From Opitutaceae bacterium (lineage in GTDB: Bacteria > Verrucomicrobiota > Verrucomicrobiia > Opitutales > Coraliomargaritaceae), in NCBI GenBank assembly GCA_051252375.1, contig JBPOFY010000014.1, positions 1 through 61,466 on the forward strand: a stretch of 61,466 nucleotides of DNA. The letters run 5' to 3'. A model generated the notes under the pieces. It saw nothing but the letters and a program-made list of their open reading frames with translations, ran no database searches and was not told the DNA's origin. The position numbers and the translations under genes were made by a program. Below, piece by piece: positions 53,180 through 61,466 of this stretch; position 1 is the first letter of the stretch; the number at the start of each line of letters is the position of its first letter.

Positions 53180-54922
53180 TTAGGCAGCCACCGCGAACAG
53201 AGCTTTCAATTCCTCTGCCGAATGACGGCGCGTAAATTGCCAAAACGTTTCCTGCCCTTCGCGCCTGGCTAGGTATGTTTTCAAAACATTCAGCAGCAGC
53301 GGTTTGAGCTCCTCAAAAGCAGTGCCTTCAAAAACTTCATGGGCGATGGCTTGGTTCTCATCGACACCGCCGCCAAGCACCACGGCATAACCTTCAACGC
53401 TTTCGTCGCCGACTTTCACCTTGGCTCCGATCAAACCGATATCGCCGATGTAATGCTGTGCACAGGAGTGATGACAGCCAGTGAGGTGAATATTGATGGG
53501 CTGATCCAACTCGATTGCTTGCTCCAAATATTCCGCGAGTTGAACGGCATGCCCCTTGGTATTACTGGCGGCAAACTTGCAACCTGCGTTACCCGTGCAA
53601 GCGATCAAACCACCCGAGATGGTTGTCGAACTATAGTTGAAACCGATCTCAAGGATCGCGGCTTTCACCGCTTCCAAATCGGCATCTTTAATGCCTGGAA
53701 TGATAAGGTTCTGCCATGCGGTCAGTCGAATATCGCCGCAACCGTATTGCTCAGAGAGTTTCGCGATGGCGATCATCTGCTCCGGCAACATGCGACCCAC
53801 TGGCACGACCACTCCGATATAGTTCAGACCCGCAGTCTTTTCATTGTAAACACCGACATGCCCATGCTTGAGCGTGCGGCCTCGTGGCTCACATTGCTCC
53901 AAAGGCAAATACGACAGATCAAATGTCACCTTCTTCTGTGCCTCTTCGAGAAACTTCTCCGTGCCCCAGTTATCGATGAGATACTTCAGACGCGATTTCT
54001 TCCGATTGGTCCGGTCTCCGTTCTCAATAAAGACACGCACCATGGCCGCAGCCAATGGCACTGCTTGAGACGGCTTGATCAATAAGCCCGTATCCGAGGC
54101 AAACTGCTTGTGCCCAGTGATGCCGCAGAGCTGCACGCGAAAATAGATGCCAGGTTCAACGCCCTGCCCCTCGCCCACACGCACCGCGTAAAAAGCGATG
54201 TCGTTGGTATCCGCACAAACCGAGACACGTCCCCCGCTATCAAAGGAGATGTTAAACTTACGCGGCAAGCCGTAGAGATCGCGATTGTTCAAAATGCAAT
54301 GGTGCATCGCATTGGCGTATGGCAACACATCCAACACTTCGTCGGGATCAAATCCACTCGTCGGGCTGGCCGTAATATTGCGCAAGTTATCCGCACCGGA
54401 ACCACGTGATGTGACACCGATATCAACTAGCTTGTTTAAAACCGGAACCGTATTTGGTGGCATGATCTCGCGCACCTGAAAATTTCCACGTGTCGTGATG
54501 TCGGCATAACCGCCGCCCCAATCCGCCGCGATCTCGGCTAGCCCCACAAGCTGATGCGACTTCATCGCACAACCTGGAATACGGCAACGAAGCATAAACG
54601 AGTCCTGAGCCGGAGCCACGTGGAAGAGCCCGTAAAACTTATAGCGGAAGACGTCGCCACCCTGCGGGAACTGTCCCACCTCGGAATCAGCGGCGATCGT
54701 GTCCCAGCAATCGAGACCATTTTGCTCATGCTTGATCACTTCTTCCTTGCAAAGATCATCAACCGGCGTGCCAAAAACAGTCTGATCCACCGCCTCTGCA
54801 GGACTGTCGGTAAATTGCCCGTCAGCATTTTGCCCGAGGAAAGGCATTCCCGGGCGTTGATTCACCCCAGCAAAGAAGCCTTCTAAGTATTGTTTTTGTG
54901 TGGTGGAAAATTCGGCGCTCAT
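53180..54922 (-). CDS. nirA: Siroheme nitrite reductase (NirA family)
   Basis: [26 protein letters not shown] and TGCHHSC siroheme/Fe-S ligands. Confidence 0.9.
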   Translation of the reverse strand: MSAEFSTTQKQYLEGFFAGVNQRPGMPFLGQNADGQFTDSPAEAVDQTVFGTPVDDLCKEEVIKHEQNGLDCWDTIAADSEVGQFPQGGDVFRYKFYGLFHVAPAQDSFMLRCRIPGCAMKSHQLVGLAEIAADWGGGYADITTRGNFQVREIMPPNTVPVLNKLVDIGVTSRGSGADNLRNITASPTSGFDPDEVLDVLPYANAMHHCILNNRDLYGLPRKFNISFDSGGRVSVCADTNDIAFYAVRVGEGQGVEPGIYFRVQLCGITGHKQFASDTGLLIKPSQAVPLAAAMVRVFIENGDRTNRKKSRLKYLIDNWGTEKFLEEAQKKVTFDLSYLPLEQCEPRGRTLKHGHVGVYNEKTAGLNYIGVVVPVGRMLPEQMIAIAKLSEQYGCGDIRLTAWQNLIIPGIKDADLEAVKAAILEIGFNYSSTTISGGLIACTGNAGCKFAASNTKGHAVQLAEYLEQAIELDQPINIHLTGCHHSCAQHYIGDIGLIGAKVKVGDESVEGYAVVLGGGVDENQAIAHEVFEGTAFEELKPLLLNVLKTYLARREGQETFWQFTRRHSAEELKALFAVAA

Positions 54923-54934
54923 GCTCCCATATTA

Positions 54935-54951
54935 AGCGCACTTCATGCCAA
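54935..54951 (-). promoter_or_regulatory. sigma54 (-24/-12) promoter of the nirA operon
   Basis: TTGGCATGAAGTGCGCT: GG-N10-GC spacing; nitrogen-assimilation context. Confidence 0.65.
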
Positions 54952-55062
54952 TCATTCGGATGTGATCAATTAGTGCACTTCAAGGATTTAATATAATACA
55001 TGAATCGAATTAATGAATCAGCCGCACCCATGAGAGATGATATTACAATAGAAAGCAGGAAC

Positions 55063-55199
55063 TGGAGGGCAATGCTCCGCCATTGCCGCAGAAACGCCTA
55101 AAGACATCAAGCCTTCGGCGGTTGCGGGGGAGCGTAACCTTCCAAACTACTGCAGCAAAGCACTTGTGTAAAACACGGCAGAGACTGCCGTGGCTACAG
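55063..55199. repeat. GGAG-type REP doublet (55063-55144) plus GTAG REP (55171-55199)
   Basis: 55063-55144 aligns end to end with the reverse complement of 13541-13622. Confidence 0.85.
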
Positions 55200-55209
55200 C
55201 AACTCGCCA

Positions 55210-58197
55210 CTACCCTTTGTTCGTAATCCAAACACAGCCGTAAGGCGGCAACTCAATCACGCCGCCGAGATCTTCGTAAAGTTCTCCGCTGATCAAATCA
55301 CACCACGATTCAGTTGCGATTAAGTTCAGCTCCACCATCGGAATCAACTGAGGCTCAGCCGACACATTATGCAGCGCAAACAGGCTCTGCTTACGCGTCA
55401 GGCTCTCACGCCAGAAGGCAAAGACCTTATCCGAAAAGTGTAGCGTGTATTGTGTCGCATTCGGATGGAAAGCTTCTTGTGCACGACGGATTGCAATCAA
55501 TCGCTTCATTTCGGCGAACACCTCTTGATGGTGTCGCTCTGGATCTACCAATGCGGCTTCTAATTCATCTGCGGGCCATTGGTATCGATTGATGGTGCGG
55601 GCACGACCGGTTTGACCCATGCCTTCGCGATTGTTCTCGGTTCCCAGCAAACTATGGATGTAGATCGCGGGCAAACCTTCGAGCGCTAGCATGATCGTAT
55701 GCGCGCAAAGGAAGCGTGCAATTTGCAAACCATCTTCATCGCCGCCGATCGGACGCGCCATCGCACTATACAACGAAATGTTTGCCTCATAAGGCGTCAA
55801 ATCACCGTCAGGCGTGCGGCGCATCGAAATCTCCCCACCCGATTCGCGGATCGTTTCAATTAAGCCGTCTAGTTCTTCAGCACTCAGCAATCCTTCCGCC
55901 GGGCGCAATCCAATACCATCATGCGAGGCGATAAAGTTCAAATAAGCACGACCGCTCCGAGCTGGCGGCATCGACATCATCCATGTCTTCAAGTGCTCAC
56001 AACTGCCGCTCAAGATCGCATTGAGCAACAATGGCGGCAGCGAGAAATTATAAATTAGGTGCGCTTCATTATCATTTCCAAAGTAGCTAAGGTTCTCGCG
56101 ATTCGGCACATTCGTCTCGGTGATGATCACCGCGGATGGCTCCAAGTTTTCGATCACGATACGCAGCAACTTAATCAACTCGTGCGTCTGCGGTAGATGC
56201 ACGCAAGTCGAGCCGGACTCCTTCCAAAGAAAAGCAATCGCATCTAAGCGAAAGAAGCGGATGCCTTGCTCCACATAGAGCCGGATGATTCGAACCATCT
56301 CCAACAGCACTTCTGGATTACGATAATCCAGATCGACTTGATCCTCACCAAAGGTGCACCAGACATGCTTCTCGCCGTTCACCGTTTCGACCTTCGTCAA
56401 CAAAGGCGAACTGCGCGGGCGAATCACTTGCGACAGGTCTTCAAACTCTAAACCATCGATAAAATAGTCCCGCCCGGGATCACGACCTCTTAAGTAATTC
56501 TTAAACCACCGCGACTGACTGGAACAGTGGTTGATCACCAAGTCGGCCATCACATCGAAGTCTTCACCGATCGAGATCAAGTCCTCCCAATTGCCTAGAT
56601 CCGGATTCACCGCATTGTAATCAATGACCGAGAACCCGTCGTCCGAGCTATACGGATTAAACGGCAGAACGTGCACGCTGCTCAACGTGTCCTTCATTTC
56701 TCGAACCAAAAAGTTCTTCAATTCACGTAGCGGCTTACGGCCTTCGCTGACAATCGAATCGCCATAGGTAACCATCATCATATCCGACTGATCCCATTTG
56801 CTCGTGCCGAGTGCCACCGTCGATGCTTGCTCGGTCATGTTGGCGGCATCGAAAATCTGCTCGGTAATTTCATCGGCACGTTCCGCGCCGTAAATTTCAG
56901 TCACATGCAAGGCCACACGTTGACGCACACGCTGCGCCTTGGGGTGCAGCGCCGGATTCACCACGATCTCAGTGCCGAACTCATGACGATCATCTTCCAC
57001 TGCGATCTTGAGCTGATGCAGAATATCTGGCACCGCAGAGATAACACGCTTCCAGCTCGGCATAAACGGCACATCCATCGAGTTCTGCGGATTAAGGAAG
57101 TCCTCGCCCGCTTGTAGAATGTTTTCCGCAAACACTTCCACAGCCGAACCTTCCGTATGACGATCATACTTCAAACCGTTGATCATCGCATCACTGTGAT
57201 AGCTATCCACCATGTCCAGTGCGATGCGGTAGTAAGCCGCCTTGATGGTCCGAATACGTTCGTGAGAGAACACTTCACCTTGCGTCGCCATCTTCCGGTA
57301 AAGCGACTTGGTAATGTCACAACTCATTTTGGAAAGACCGCGCGTGCGATCCTCCAAGGAAAGGTCCTGATGCTTATGGTCATAAGTATCGGCCACATCC
57401 ACCTGACAGATCTGGTTCGTGGCATAGTTGCGCTGCATCTCTGAAAGCACACCCATTTCCAAGCCCCAGTCAGACGGGATACGTATGTCCTCGATCACAT
57501 CACGTTGCATCGAAAATTCACCCGCGAGCGGATAACGAAAGCTATCGAGATAATCCAAATAGTCATTCGCACCGCAGACCTTTTTCAACGCACGAATCAA
57601 CGGCGTCACTAAAAGACGACATACGCGACCATTCATCGAGTCATTGGCGATACGAGCGTAGAAGCCCTTACAAAACTTATAGCTAAACGCCGGGTTTGCC
57701 ACGGGATAAATCAAGCGTGCAAGCATGTCGCGCTTATAGGTCGTGATATCACAATCATGCAAAGCAACCGACTGTGCCTTACCCGAAGCCAAAACATAGC
57801 CGAACATATACCAGACGTTACGCCCTTTACCCATCTCCTTCGGCGCGAGGCCTTTCTCCTGCAATAATGCATCGATCGCCTTCAAGCGTGGCCCATCATT
57901 CCACAGCACGTCCGGCTGTTGCGGAAGGCGACTGAAAAACTCTAAGGCATGGCGATACTCCGCCTCATTAGCACGATCCAGCCCCACCACGATCTGATCC
58001 AGATAAGGCACCTCTGCGATCTCATCCACAATCGCTGACAAGGCAGGACCTTGTAGCTCTGAGTAAAGCGAAGGCAAAACCAGAGCCATCGGTCGCTTCT
58101 TGCGAAACTGCATGAGATCCGCCTCCAATTTCTCCAGCGGTCGATTGTTTAACTGATGCAGTGTTGTTATTGTTCCGTGTTGATGAAAATCACCCAT
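55210..58197 (-). CDS. Fusion of glucosyl-3-phosphoglycerate synthase-like glycosyltransferase (about aa 1-410) and GH13 sucrose/glucosylglycerate phosphorylase-like domain
   Basis: MGDFHQHG.ITTLH, GKGRN, LHDCD, FCKGFY, YPLAGEF, YDHKHQ; then TYGD, SSDDGF, DLVINH, RLDA, ITETN, ASHDGIG. Confidence 0.88.
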   Translation of the reverse strand: MGDFHQHGTITTLHQLNNRPLEKLEADLMQFRKKRPMALVLPSLYSELQGPALSAIVDEIAEVPYLDQIVVGLDRANEAEYRHALEFFSRLPQQPDVLWNDGPRLKAIDALLQEKGLAPKEMGKGRNVWYMFGYVLASGKAQSVALHDCDITTYKRDMLARLIYPVANPAFSYKFCKGFYARIANDSMNGRVCRLLVTPLIRALKKVCGANDYLDYLDSFRYPLAGEFSMQRDVIEDIRIPSDWGLEMGVLSEMQRNYATNQICQVDVADTYDHKHQDLSLEDRTRGLSKMSCDITKSLYRKMATQGEVFSHERIRTIKAAYYRIALDMVDSYHSDAMINGLKYDRHTEGSAVEVFAENILQAGEDFLNPQNSMDVPFMPSWKRVISAVPDILHQLKIAVEDDRHEFGTEIVVNPALHPKAQRVRQRVALHVTEIYGAERADEITEQIFDAANMTEQASTVALGTSKWDQSDMMMVTYGDSIVSEGRKPLRELKNFLVREMKDTLSSVHVLPFNPYSSDDGFSVIDYNAVNPDLGNWEDLISIGEDFDVMADLVINHCSSQSRWFKNYLRGRDPGRDYFIDGLEFEDLSQVIRPRSSPLLTKVETVNGEKHVWCTFGEDQVDLDYRNPEVLLEMVRIIRLYVEQGIRFFRLDAIAFLWKESGSTCVHLPQTHELIKLLRIVIENLEPSAVIITETNVPNRENLSYFGNDNEAHLIYNFSLPPLLLNAILSGSCEHLKTWMMSMPPARSGRAYLNFIASHDGIGLRPAEGLLSAEELDGLIETIRESGGEISMRRTPDGDLTPYEANISLYSAMARPIGGDEDGLQIARFLCAHTIMLALEGLPAIYIHSLLGTENNREGMGQTGRARTINRYQWPADELEAALVDPERHHQEVFAEMKRLIAIRRAQEAFHPNATQYTLHFSDKVFAFWRESLTRKQSLFALHNVSAEPQLIPMVELNLIATESWCDLISGELYEDLGGVIELPPYGCVWITNKG

Positions 58198-58254
58198 ATC
58201 TATAAATTGTTAGTATTTTAAAGTGTGCAGATATTGCCGATGTGATCACTGACC

Positions 58255-59088
58255 TTACGCGATACCCTCCTCTTGAATTATTGTTAGCAGCGCATCATTC
58301 CAACCTACCGTGGAAGGAGCCGATGCATTCACCACCCGCGGTGCATTCGGTGTAATATGTGGCCCATCAGCATGCGGGATCACCACTGCGATATCAGCAG
58401 CTTCCAGCATCGCGCAGTCGTTCTGGCTATCTCCTAGGGCGACTACCACCCACTCAACACTCGGCATTTGTTTTTGATACAAAGCTACGGCCGATTTCAT
58501 GCCGTCTGCTTTGTCTTCCTGCCCCATTAGGTGCAAGAAGCGCCCGCCTTCGAGAATGCGTATGCCATCCTTCGCCAGTGCGTCTTCAAATGCCGCAAAA
58601 CGCTCTGGCGTGTCTTGCCAAAGAATCGGCTCCGTCGCATGACGCGATTTCGAGCGCCGAGCACCCACAGGACTTAAACCAGTATATTCGCGCACTTGCT
58701 CAATCGACCAATCCGAAAAACCGGCAAACTGATAGTCCTCCGTCGCCCGCAATGCATGCGCTTTGCTTAAAATGAAATCACGCGACAACCCAGTCGTCTC
58801 GATCAAGTAATCGCCGGCGCGAGTCAGCACCCGTCCCTTCTCGAAGAAGCCGGAGTCCTCGTGCACGGCTAATAGACCACCGTTCTCGGCAACCACGGGC
58901 GATTGAATCCCCAACGCCTCGACCATATCACGCATTTCAGACACGGTCTTACTCGAATTGAGAACCAAAGGTATCTTCAACTGTCGCAGCCGCTTCAAAG
59001 CAGGCAGCGCCGCATTCCAGGAATAGTTATCATCCAGCAACGAACCATCCAAGTCCGTCACCACCAACAGCTTTCTTTTTGTAGTCAT
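58255..59088 (-). CDS. HAD-IIB glucosyl/mannosyl-3-phosphoglycerate phosphatase
   Basis: TDLDGSLL, NSSKT, AENG, GGRFLH, LGDSQND; ATG 59088 chosen. Confidence 0.9.
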   Translation of the reverse strand: MTTKRKLLVVTDLDGSLLDDNYSWNAALPALKRLRQLKIPLVLNSSKTVSEMRDMVEALGIQSPVVAENGGLLAVHEDSGFFEKGRVLTRAGDYLIETTGLSRDFILSKAHALRATEDYQFAGFSDWSIEQVREYTGLSPVGARRSKSRHATEPILWQDTPERFAAFEDALAKDGIRILEGGRFLHLMGQEDKADGMKSAVALYQKQMPSVEWVVVALGDSQNDCAMLEAADIAVVIPHADGPHITPNAPRVVNASAPSTVGWNDALLTIIQEEGIA

Positions 59089-59104
59089 CACCCGAAGAAG
59101 ATAA

Positions 59105-59206
59105 CTATGCAATGCGTGAAGGCACCAAAGCCATTTCAGGCTCCTCAAACAAGCAATGAGCCAAGTATTCGACCAGAGTTCTAATACGGTGAAGGGTAGT
59201 TTCCAT
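59105..59206 (-). CDS. Putative 33-aa leaderless small protein METTLHRIRTLVEYLAHCLFEEPEMALVPSRIA
   Basis: Manual translation; ATG at the predicted sigma54 start site; stop 16 nt before the phosphatase ATG. Confidence 0.5.
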   Translation of the reverse strand: METTLHRIRTLVEYLAHCLFEEPEMALVPSRIA

Positions 59207-59217
59207 ACCACCCTACC

Positions 59218-59233
59218 AGCAAAGATGATGCCA
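59218..59233 (-). promoter_or_regulatory. sigma54 (-24/-12) promoter of the glucosylglycerate operon
   Basis: TGGCATCATCTTTGCT, close match to TGGCAC-N5-TTGCW. Confidence 0.75.
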
Positions 59234-59295
59234 CATAAGAAAAATCTTTCGAATCAAAGGACTAGAGCACTCCTCTACATTACGAATCCTTAACT

Positions 59296-59662
59296 GTAGC
59301 CGCGGCAGTCTCTGCCGTGTTTCTGTCCAACCCTCAAGCTAACCCATTGAACACGTCACACCTTTGGCAGGACACGTCACAGAGTGACGTGGCTACATTT
59401 CAACAACCCAGCTGTAGCCACGGCAGTCTCCTGCCGTGTTTCGTATCCCCATCCTTAACTGTAGCCAAGGCAATCTCCTGCCGTGTTTCGTAGCCCCATC
59501 CAGCTGTAGCCGCGGCAGTCTCCTGCCGTGTTTCGTATCCCCATCCAGCTGTAGCCACGGCAGTCTCTGCCGTGTTCCGTATCCCCATCCAGCTGTAGCC
59601 ACGGCAGTCTCTGCCGTGTTTCGTATCCCCATCCAGCTGTAGCCAAGGCAGTCTCTGCCGTG
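59296..59662. repeat. REP doublet (59296-59397) followed by six tandem 44-47-bp REP units (59408-59662)
   Basis: Unit CCAGCTGTAGCCACGGCAGTCTCTGCCGTGTTTCGTATCCCCAT; CTGTAGCC at 59412, 59459, 59504, 59549, 59593, 59637. Confidence 0.93.
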
Positions 59663-59686
59663 CCTCATCAACCAGACACAACGAAA

Positions 59687-61171
59687 CTACTTAATCGGCC
59701 ACGAGTCGGTCCGAAAGGATGATGCTGGTAACCCTTCCTTATTCGCAAGGTTGGGTGCGTCCGCACTCCCCCAAGCGAAACGCACTGCCACAGGCTGCGA
59801 CACTTTAGCGCTCTCGACTACAATCTCGTCGCCATCAATAGACGCCTTTGCGGGGTGGAATTCCTGATCCTTACCCGCGATCGTGAAATGGCTCAACGCT
59901 TCGCCGTCACGACTGACAAGTCCGCCGCCGACATGCTCGAACTTCAAGCGCACACGTGCTCGCTCAACAGCATGATCGACATAGACCGGACCAGAATACA
60001 CCAAACCATCGCGCCCATAATCTTTTGCCAAGGCGAGACGCGCCAAGCGCTCACCGACAGGCTTTTTCTCTTTGGGGTGAATATTCGTAGCATTACCCAC
60101 ATCCATTGTGACTGCCATGCCTGTATTCGGCTCGGTCAACGCCATCGATTGAGCTTCACGCAGAAACGCCGCCGACATCGGGTTGGTCTTATAATTAAAA
60201 GGTGCGATCTGCACGTAATAGAAAGGAAAATCTCCCTGCGCCCACTCAGCGCGCCAGTCGCGGATCATTGTCGGAAAAAGTGTCTGATACTGCAAAGGCT
60301 TAGTCACATTCGACTCTCCTTGATACCAGATCACGCCCTTGAATGAAAATGGAATGAGAGGATGGATCATACCATTATACAAAACGGAAGGCACCCGCTG
60401 ATTCAGCCCCTTTGGCAGCTTTTTACTCTTCGTATGAAGCACACCAAACTCCTCCTTTATGCTGGGAAACTTAGCCAGCGCCGAGTCAAACTCTGGAAAC
60501 GCCTCCCTCAAGGTCTCTTCACGAATCCAAGCCTCAACCGACGACCCGCCCCAATTCGTAGAAATCAAACCGATCGGCACATCCAACTCTTGATGCAAAC
60601 GACTGCCGAAAAAGTAAGCCACCGCACTAAAATCTAAAACACTCTTAGGATTACACCCCGTCCATTTCGCTTGAATCGAGTCCTGCGCCTCCAAAGCAAT
60701 TGTCGGTGGCACTTGCGCGTATCGGATATTCGGATACTTCGCCTTCTCCACATCCTCACGGAACTGCTCTAAACCAAAGCCACGCATTTTCCACTGCATA
60801 TTCGACTGCCCCGAACAAATCCATACCTCACCGAAAAGCACATCCTTCAATTCAATCTTCTCATCGCCACTAATCACATTGATCCAGTAAGGACCACCTG
60901 CCGCAGGGGCCCTGATCGTAGTCTTCCAGTCACCTTGCTCGTCGACCACAGCCTTGCCCACGCCACGAGTCCCCGATAGCTGCACCAGCACTTTTTCCCC
61001 AGGAGCTCCACGCCCCCAAATGGCGGCATCGGTTTGTTGCTGGATCACCATGTGATCACCAAAAATACCAGCCAAAGACAAGGTCGGCTTCTCAGTCTGC
61101 GCCGCCAAGAATGAAGTAAAGCAAAACGAAAGTAAAAGTATCAAGAAACAGCGTCGGGTATTCATAAACAT
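59687..61171 (-). CDS. Sialate O-acetylesterase family protein, secreted
   Basis: GEVWICSGQSNM, WGGS, WYQGESN, IHP..K, PASSFRTD. Confidence 0.92.
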   Translation of the reverse strand: MFMNTRRCFLILLLSFCFTSFLAAQTEKPTLSLAGIFGDHMVIQQQTDAAIWGRGAPGEKVLVQLSGTRGVGKAVVDEQGDWKTTIRAPAAGGPYWINVISGDEKIELKDVLFGEVWICSGQSNMQWKMRGFGLEQFREDVEKAKYPNIRYAQVPPTIALEAQDSIQAKWTGCNPKSVLDFSAVAYFFGSRLHQELDVPIGLISTNWGGSSVEAWIREETLREAFPEFDSALAKFPSIKEEFGVLHTKSKKLPKGLNQRVPSVLYNGMIHPLIPFSFKGVIWYQGESNVTKPLQYQTLFPTMIRDWRAEWAQGDFPFYYVQIAPFNYKTNPMSAAFLREAQSMALTEPNTGMAVTMDVGNATNIHPKEKKPVGERLARLALAKDYGRDGLVYSGPVYVDHAVERARVRLKFEHVGGGLVSRDGEALSHFTIAGKDQEFHPAKASIDGDEIVVESAKVSQPVAVRFAWGSADAPNLANKEGLPASSFRTDSWPIK

Positions 61172-61332
61172 AAAGAGTAGATTCGTTCAAAGCCTAAGCA
61201 AAACAGCACTCAGGTCGACAGGGCCAAACTGAGCGCGCGCAAGAATAACGCGAACTCAAAAGCTCCCAACTTCCAAACCTCAAAACCTAAAACCCCTCTA
61301 CCTCTCAACCCGCCCAGAATCCAAATTCAAAA

Positions 61333-61466
61333 TTAGACGTTCAACGTTGGACGTTCGACGTTCCCACTCTCACCTCTCACCCCTCACCCCTTACCTCTTA
61401 CCTCTTACCTCTTACCTCTTACCTCTTACCTCTTACCTCTTACCTCTTACCTCTTACCTCTTACCT
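61333..61466. repeat. Heptamer repeats: degenerate ACGTTNN (61333-61363) and (TTACCTC)n to the window end
   Basis: Directly visible. Confidence 0.92.

Noticed and set aside
59089..59211. N-terminal extension of the HAD phosphatase from GTG 59211
   Set aside because: That start lies upstream of the predicted transcription start, and HAD motif I follows directly after ATG 59088.
59408..59662. CRISPR array
   Set aside because: Linkers between palindromes are near-identical rather than unique spacers, the palindrome is dispersed elsewhere as a REP, and no cas genes are present.
59393..59681. Short repetitive ORFs (RLPWLQLDG, TAVATAGWG)
   Set aside because: Translations of the tandem REP array.

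Overview
Bacterial chromosomal window. Gene content (DUF1552/DUF1592 cytochrome pair, DUF3500, SGNH esterases) suggests a Verrucomicrobiota, Opitutales-like organism; this is inference. Both ends fall in simple tandem repeats, so it is probably a whole contig. Layout: (1) 1-13.6 kb housekeeping genes (isochorismatase, lgt, ilvA, AEC transporter, transglutaminase-like protein, nitronate monooxygenase, SIS protein, TsaB-like, alr, SGNH hydrolase), plus an AT-rich orphan gene followed by a canonical 58-bp integron attC site. (2) 13.6-39.3 kb minus-strand Wzx/Wzy exopolysaccharide cluster bracketed by a 150-bp direct repeat of the DUF1552 3' end, with a pdxJ 3' remnant and a MATE 5' remnant just inside the borders and no integrase. 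(3) 39.1-47.3 kb SAF/UxaA dehydratase, multi-cytochrome DUF1592-family protein and DUF1552 operon, and a divergent DUF3500 gene. (4) 47.6-59.2 kb two operons with sigma54-type promoters: nirA / ferredoxin-DmsC fusion / nitrate reductase / CysJ-like flavoprotein, and a 33-aa small ORF / HAD phosphatase / fused glucosyl-3-phosphoglycerate synthase-GH13 phosphorylase. (5) A tandem REP array and a sialate O-acetylesterase. Intergenic regions carry many REP/REPIN-like palindromes. No rRNA, tRNA, CRISPR, integrase or transposase was seen. All protein calls come from motif recognition by eye, not database searches.
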